DNA of 64,000 nucleotides from assembly GCF_009914755.1 (NCBI RefSeq), contig NC_060926.1, one strand, 5' to 3'. The stretch is from the human T2T-CHM13v2.0 reference genome, Homo sapiens. Positions 60,553 to 64,000 of the stretch are shown piece after piece (positions within the stretch are counted from its first letter, which is position 1; each line of letters opens with the position of its first letter). The position numbers and the translations under genes were made by a program. The notes beneath the pieces were generated by a model. That model saw only the letters and a list, made by a program, of their open reading frames with translations. It made no database searches and was not told where the DNA came from.

Positions 60553-62933
60553 GCAGGAATAACAAGTAACTGCAAGTTAAGGTGCTACTTTTTTCCCCAC
60601 AATGCCTTGCATTGCAGTGTCTAGTGTTAAGGAAAAACCTGGCCAGTTAGGTCTCTTTTTTCCACAGATGTCAAGAAAAGTGGCCTAATCAAGAAAACAA
60701 TGTACTACCTCCATAATAGGAAAAGTCCAGGCACCACAATTGAATTAAGGACTCAACGAATGTCATCAGAACTTGATTTTCCTCCATCTCTTAGCACAGC
60801 CTTGCTATTGAGAACAATTTGGTTGTTCCACAAATGTGGGATCTTATATAAATATCAGCATGACCAACTCTTACCTAAGATAAGTGGGACTCTGTGCTCC
60901 AGTCCCTGACCTCACGTTGGGGAGTATATAACTATAAAAGCAAATCTTGGACCAAAATCTGACAAATGTATAAAAATGTGCTTAGCAAACAGACAAACAC
61001 ATGAGAATCACGGAGCCTCTTGTAATGGGGCCTTCTGCAATGCCCCACTCTGTCTTCTCAAGTGAGCACTTTGTGTGATAGATTCATGTGGAGGGGAGTC
61101 CACAACGTTGTTCCCTGGGAAAGGGGAATGCAGGACCAGAAGAGCACAGACCCGGCCCCAAGAGCGCCAGTCCCACAGACTGGGACATTGGGTTTGTGGG
61201 ACTCCTGTCCTCCGTTTAAGCAAAAGGAAGAGAAGGGTTTTGTTTCTCACCACCTACTTAGCTTCAGCATTATTCATTTCACTGATAAATTATATAAAAG
61301 GCTTAAGCAACCCTCTCTGGAGGGTGGATTTCTAGTGAGGGCTTCAAATTCCAGCTAGTATGTCCTGGGATGGACATAAGATACTAATCCACACATATAC
61401 AGTGCACCTTCATACTGATATTTTTAAACTAAATTACTAAAGAGAACTTGTGCTGTCCTTGGCTTGATTTGCAGGATCCATGTAGGGTGGCATGGTGCCT
61501 GCAGCCACTTCAGCCCTGCATCCTCTCAGGTTCAAGTCCAGTGGGAAAGAACAAGAGAGACTGCTGTCCCTATGGCGCAACAGCAACCCCATATTGGGTT
61601 TCAGTGCCCATTCCTGGACCAGTCAATTGCCCAGATACATGATGTGTGTTACAGCCCTGGGTTACTTGCGGAGCCTGTTGAGTAACCTGGACAGCATGGA
61701 TGGGGGAGGGATGACTTTTAAGACAAAAATTAAACACTTGTTATCAAGAACAGGATGAACTGACGCTGGATGGCCAAATTACCACAAATGTCCACCACAA
61801 CTATCAAATTTCCCAGCCTCCCAGTGGAGAGAGGACTGGGAGGCTGGAGCAAATGACTGTGATTTCCTGTGCAGTGAGAGGCATCAAGAGGCTGAGCAGC
61901 CTTGTCTATCCACATCAGGGGTTACTTGGGAACCTAAGGGTTCTCCATAGCTGTGTCTGGACAATCTCATCAACAATTGGTCCATCTGAATTATTCAGTC
62001 ATTGCCTCCACAGAGATCAGTATTGAGAGCATTTCCTTATGGGAAATTTCTTGAAGTGTAAATACTACAGCTCTAATGGCTCTCCCTGTTGGCAGAGGCA
62101 GTTCACATTCTCCCAGTGCTGCAGGTTCAGAATATTGCAGCGTCCCTCCTTCCTGGACACTCAAGCTGTCACTACCACCCGTGTCTTCCTCTTCAGGGCC
62201 CTTCTTACTTGTGTTCTGCACACAACTATTGCATCAGACCTGGGCAGGTCTGGCAACATCCAATCAGTTTCCTGCTCCCACATTCTCCCGATGCCAATCC
62301 TGGTGCACTGGACTTGTTCCTTGATCATACTGCAACACCAGTTTTATCATGGAGCTTCCCTTCTCATAATGCAGTGCTTCCTACCAACTGCTGGACAGTC
62401 TAGACACCTCTGCCTCCCCTGGGTCCTCTAGCCTAGGCTTAACCTTGTTTCTAGGCATTTTCTCCTGTGCGAACCTTTTCATATGAGCACAGCTGGTTGC
62501 CCAAACCTCCTCATGTCCCCTCTCCCTTTCCCAACTTTGCACATATTTCTCATTTGTGAAAGGTGCTTTCTTAACCAGCCCGAGTCTAGTTGAATCCCAC
62601 TTTTTCTCTGAAGCTTATCCTGTTCAATCTAGCTTGAAATGTCCTCCTCCTATCATGGATGATATTTCTCTGCAGCTCTCGCTTGAGTGTATTACAAGCT
62701 GTCTTATGTTACAGTTATTTTTCAATCTTATCACCTCCATTGGATTATAAGCTTTCATTTCTCTTATCCCAAACAGTGTTCAGCCCAGCCATTCTTTTTG
62801 CACAATACATTCTTAATGATGTTTGCTTGAAGTCATTCATAAAGCATCCTGTTTGTTTTAAATGAAAGCTGGGTGGAGAAGTTTACAAATTTAAAATTTA
62901 AAAATTTTTTTAAATTTTTTAAATTTAAATTTA

Positions 62934-63280
<347 letters not shown>

Positions 63281-63614
63281 TTGAAGTGCAAGTCCATCTA
63301 CTTCTGGAAAATAGATTTTTTGACAAGAATAAAAGTATTTTTGATATGATTCACCAAAATATTAGTATCTGAACTCTTAGAAAAGTGGGCTCAACATGTG
63401 TGCCCTCAGGAAGCCTTGCTCAGGTGATTTCGCCATGCCCTCTTCTACACTTGAACAGAGGAGAACTCGCCAAGGTCTAACATAATTATTACACATTTAC
63501 CCTTGTCCCACAATCCTGCTTCTAAGAACCTATTCCAACAATACACTAGCCAAAACAAAAACGATAATAATTGTAAGGTGCACACACAAAACTCCATAGC
63601 CCTCTCCATAAGAA

Positions 63615-63960
63615 TACTGGAAACTACCTAAATGTCTGTGGTGGGGAACTGATTGAATAGTCCATGGTATAATTATACTGGTTACTGTCTTAGCTGTTCC
63701 CATGTTCTTAGCAGCATTGTTCACAAGCGCCAAAAGGAGTAAGCAACACAAATATCCATTGGTCGATGAATGGATAAACACAATGTGGTGTGTAGAGACA
63801 CATACACACAGACACTGGAATATTAACCCTTAAAAAGAGGGAACTGTTATTTGCGATGGGGATGAATCTGGAGGATATTATACTAAGTGAAATCAGTCAC
63901 CAAAAACACAAGACAATACCTACTTTGGGGTATATTTGTGAAGAATGAAAATGGAAGCTC
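63615..63960 (+). mobile_element. Old L1M 3' fragments
   Basis: gcagcattgttcacaa...gatgaatggataaaca...gatgaatctggaggatattatactaagtgaaat. Confidence 0.7.
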
Positions 63961-64000
63961 ATCTACCTAATAGTCTGGTAAGTGCTACATAAGCTTAAGG

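Noticed and set aside
61400-62430. Possible processed pseudogene or small gene (cluster of overlapping ORFs)
   Set aside because: No translation matched a protein I recognise, frames are interrupted, and no poly(A) or TSD is visible. A translated search is needed.

Overview
Human (primate) genomic DNA: most of a very long last intron of LCLAT1 (lysocardiolipin acyltransferase 1, + strand), then its terminal coding exon (56421-56923, ending in the KKNE ER-retrieval motif), a ~3.6 kb 3' UTR with several poly(A) signals, and ~3.5 kb of downstream flank. The intron is mostly interspersed repeats: Alu, L1PA/L1PB/L1M, L2/MIR, MaLR LTRs, MER1B, MER58, Tigger3b, an ERV1 solo LTR and a full-length 968-bp LTR5_Hs solo LTR. 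Repeat subfamily names were assigned by eye from remembered consensus sequences, not by a database search. The most unusual structure is an old antisense L1PA (11960-17582) that has twice been copied locally in inverted orientation. The older copy is ~385 bp and sits inside the L1 itself (~3% diverged). The younger copy is ~1.14 kb, lies 8.7 kb downstream (~0.6% diverged) and fills a deletion between a MER1B and an AluY. It sits 11 nt behind a branch point/pyrimidine tract/AG inside the MER1B, giving a phase-compatible alternative last exon (22336-22520, 61 codons) that would truncate LCLAT1. The canonical last exon begins AG|GTAAGA, a recursive/dual splice-site motif. There are no prokaryotic-type systems, CRISPR arrays, tRNA or rRNA genes.
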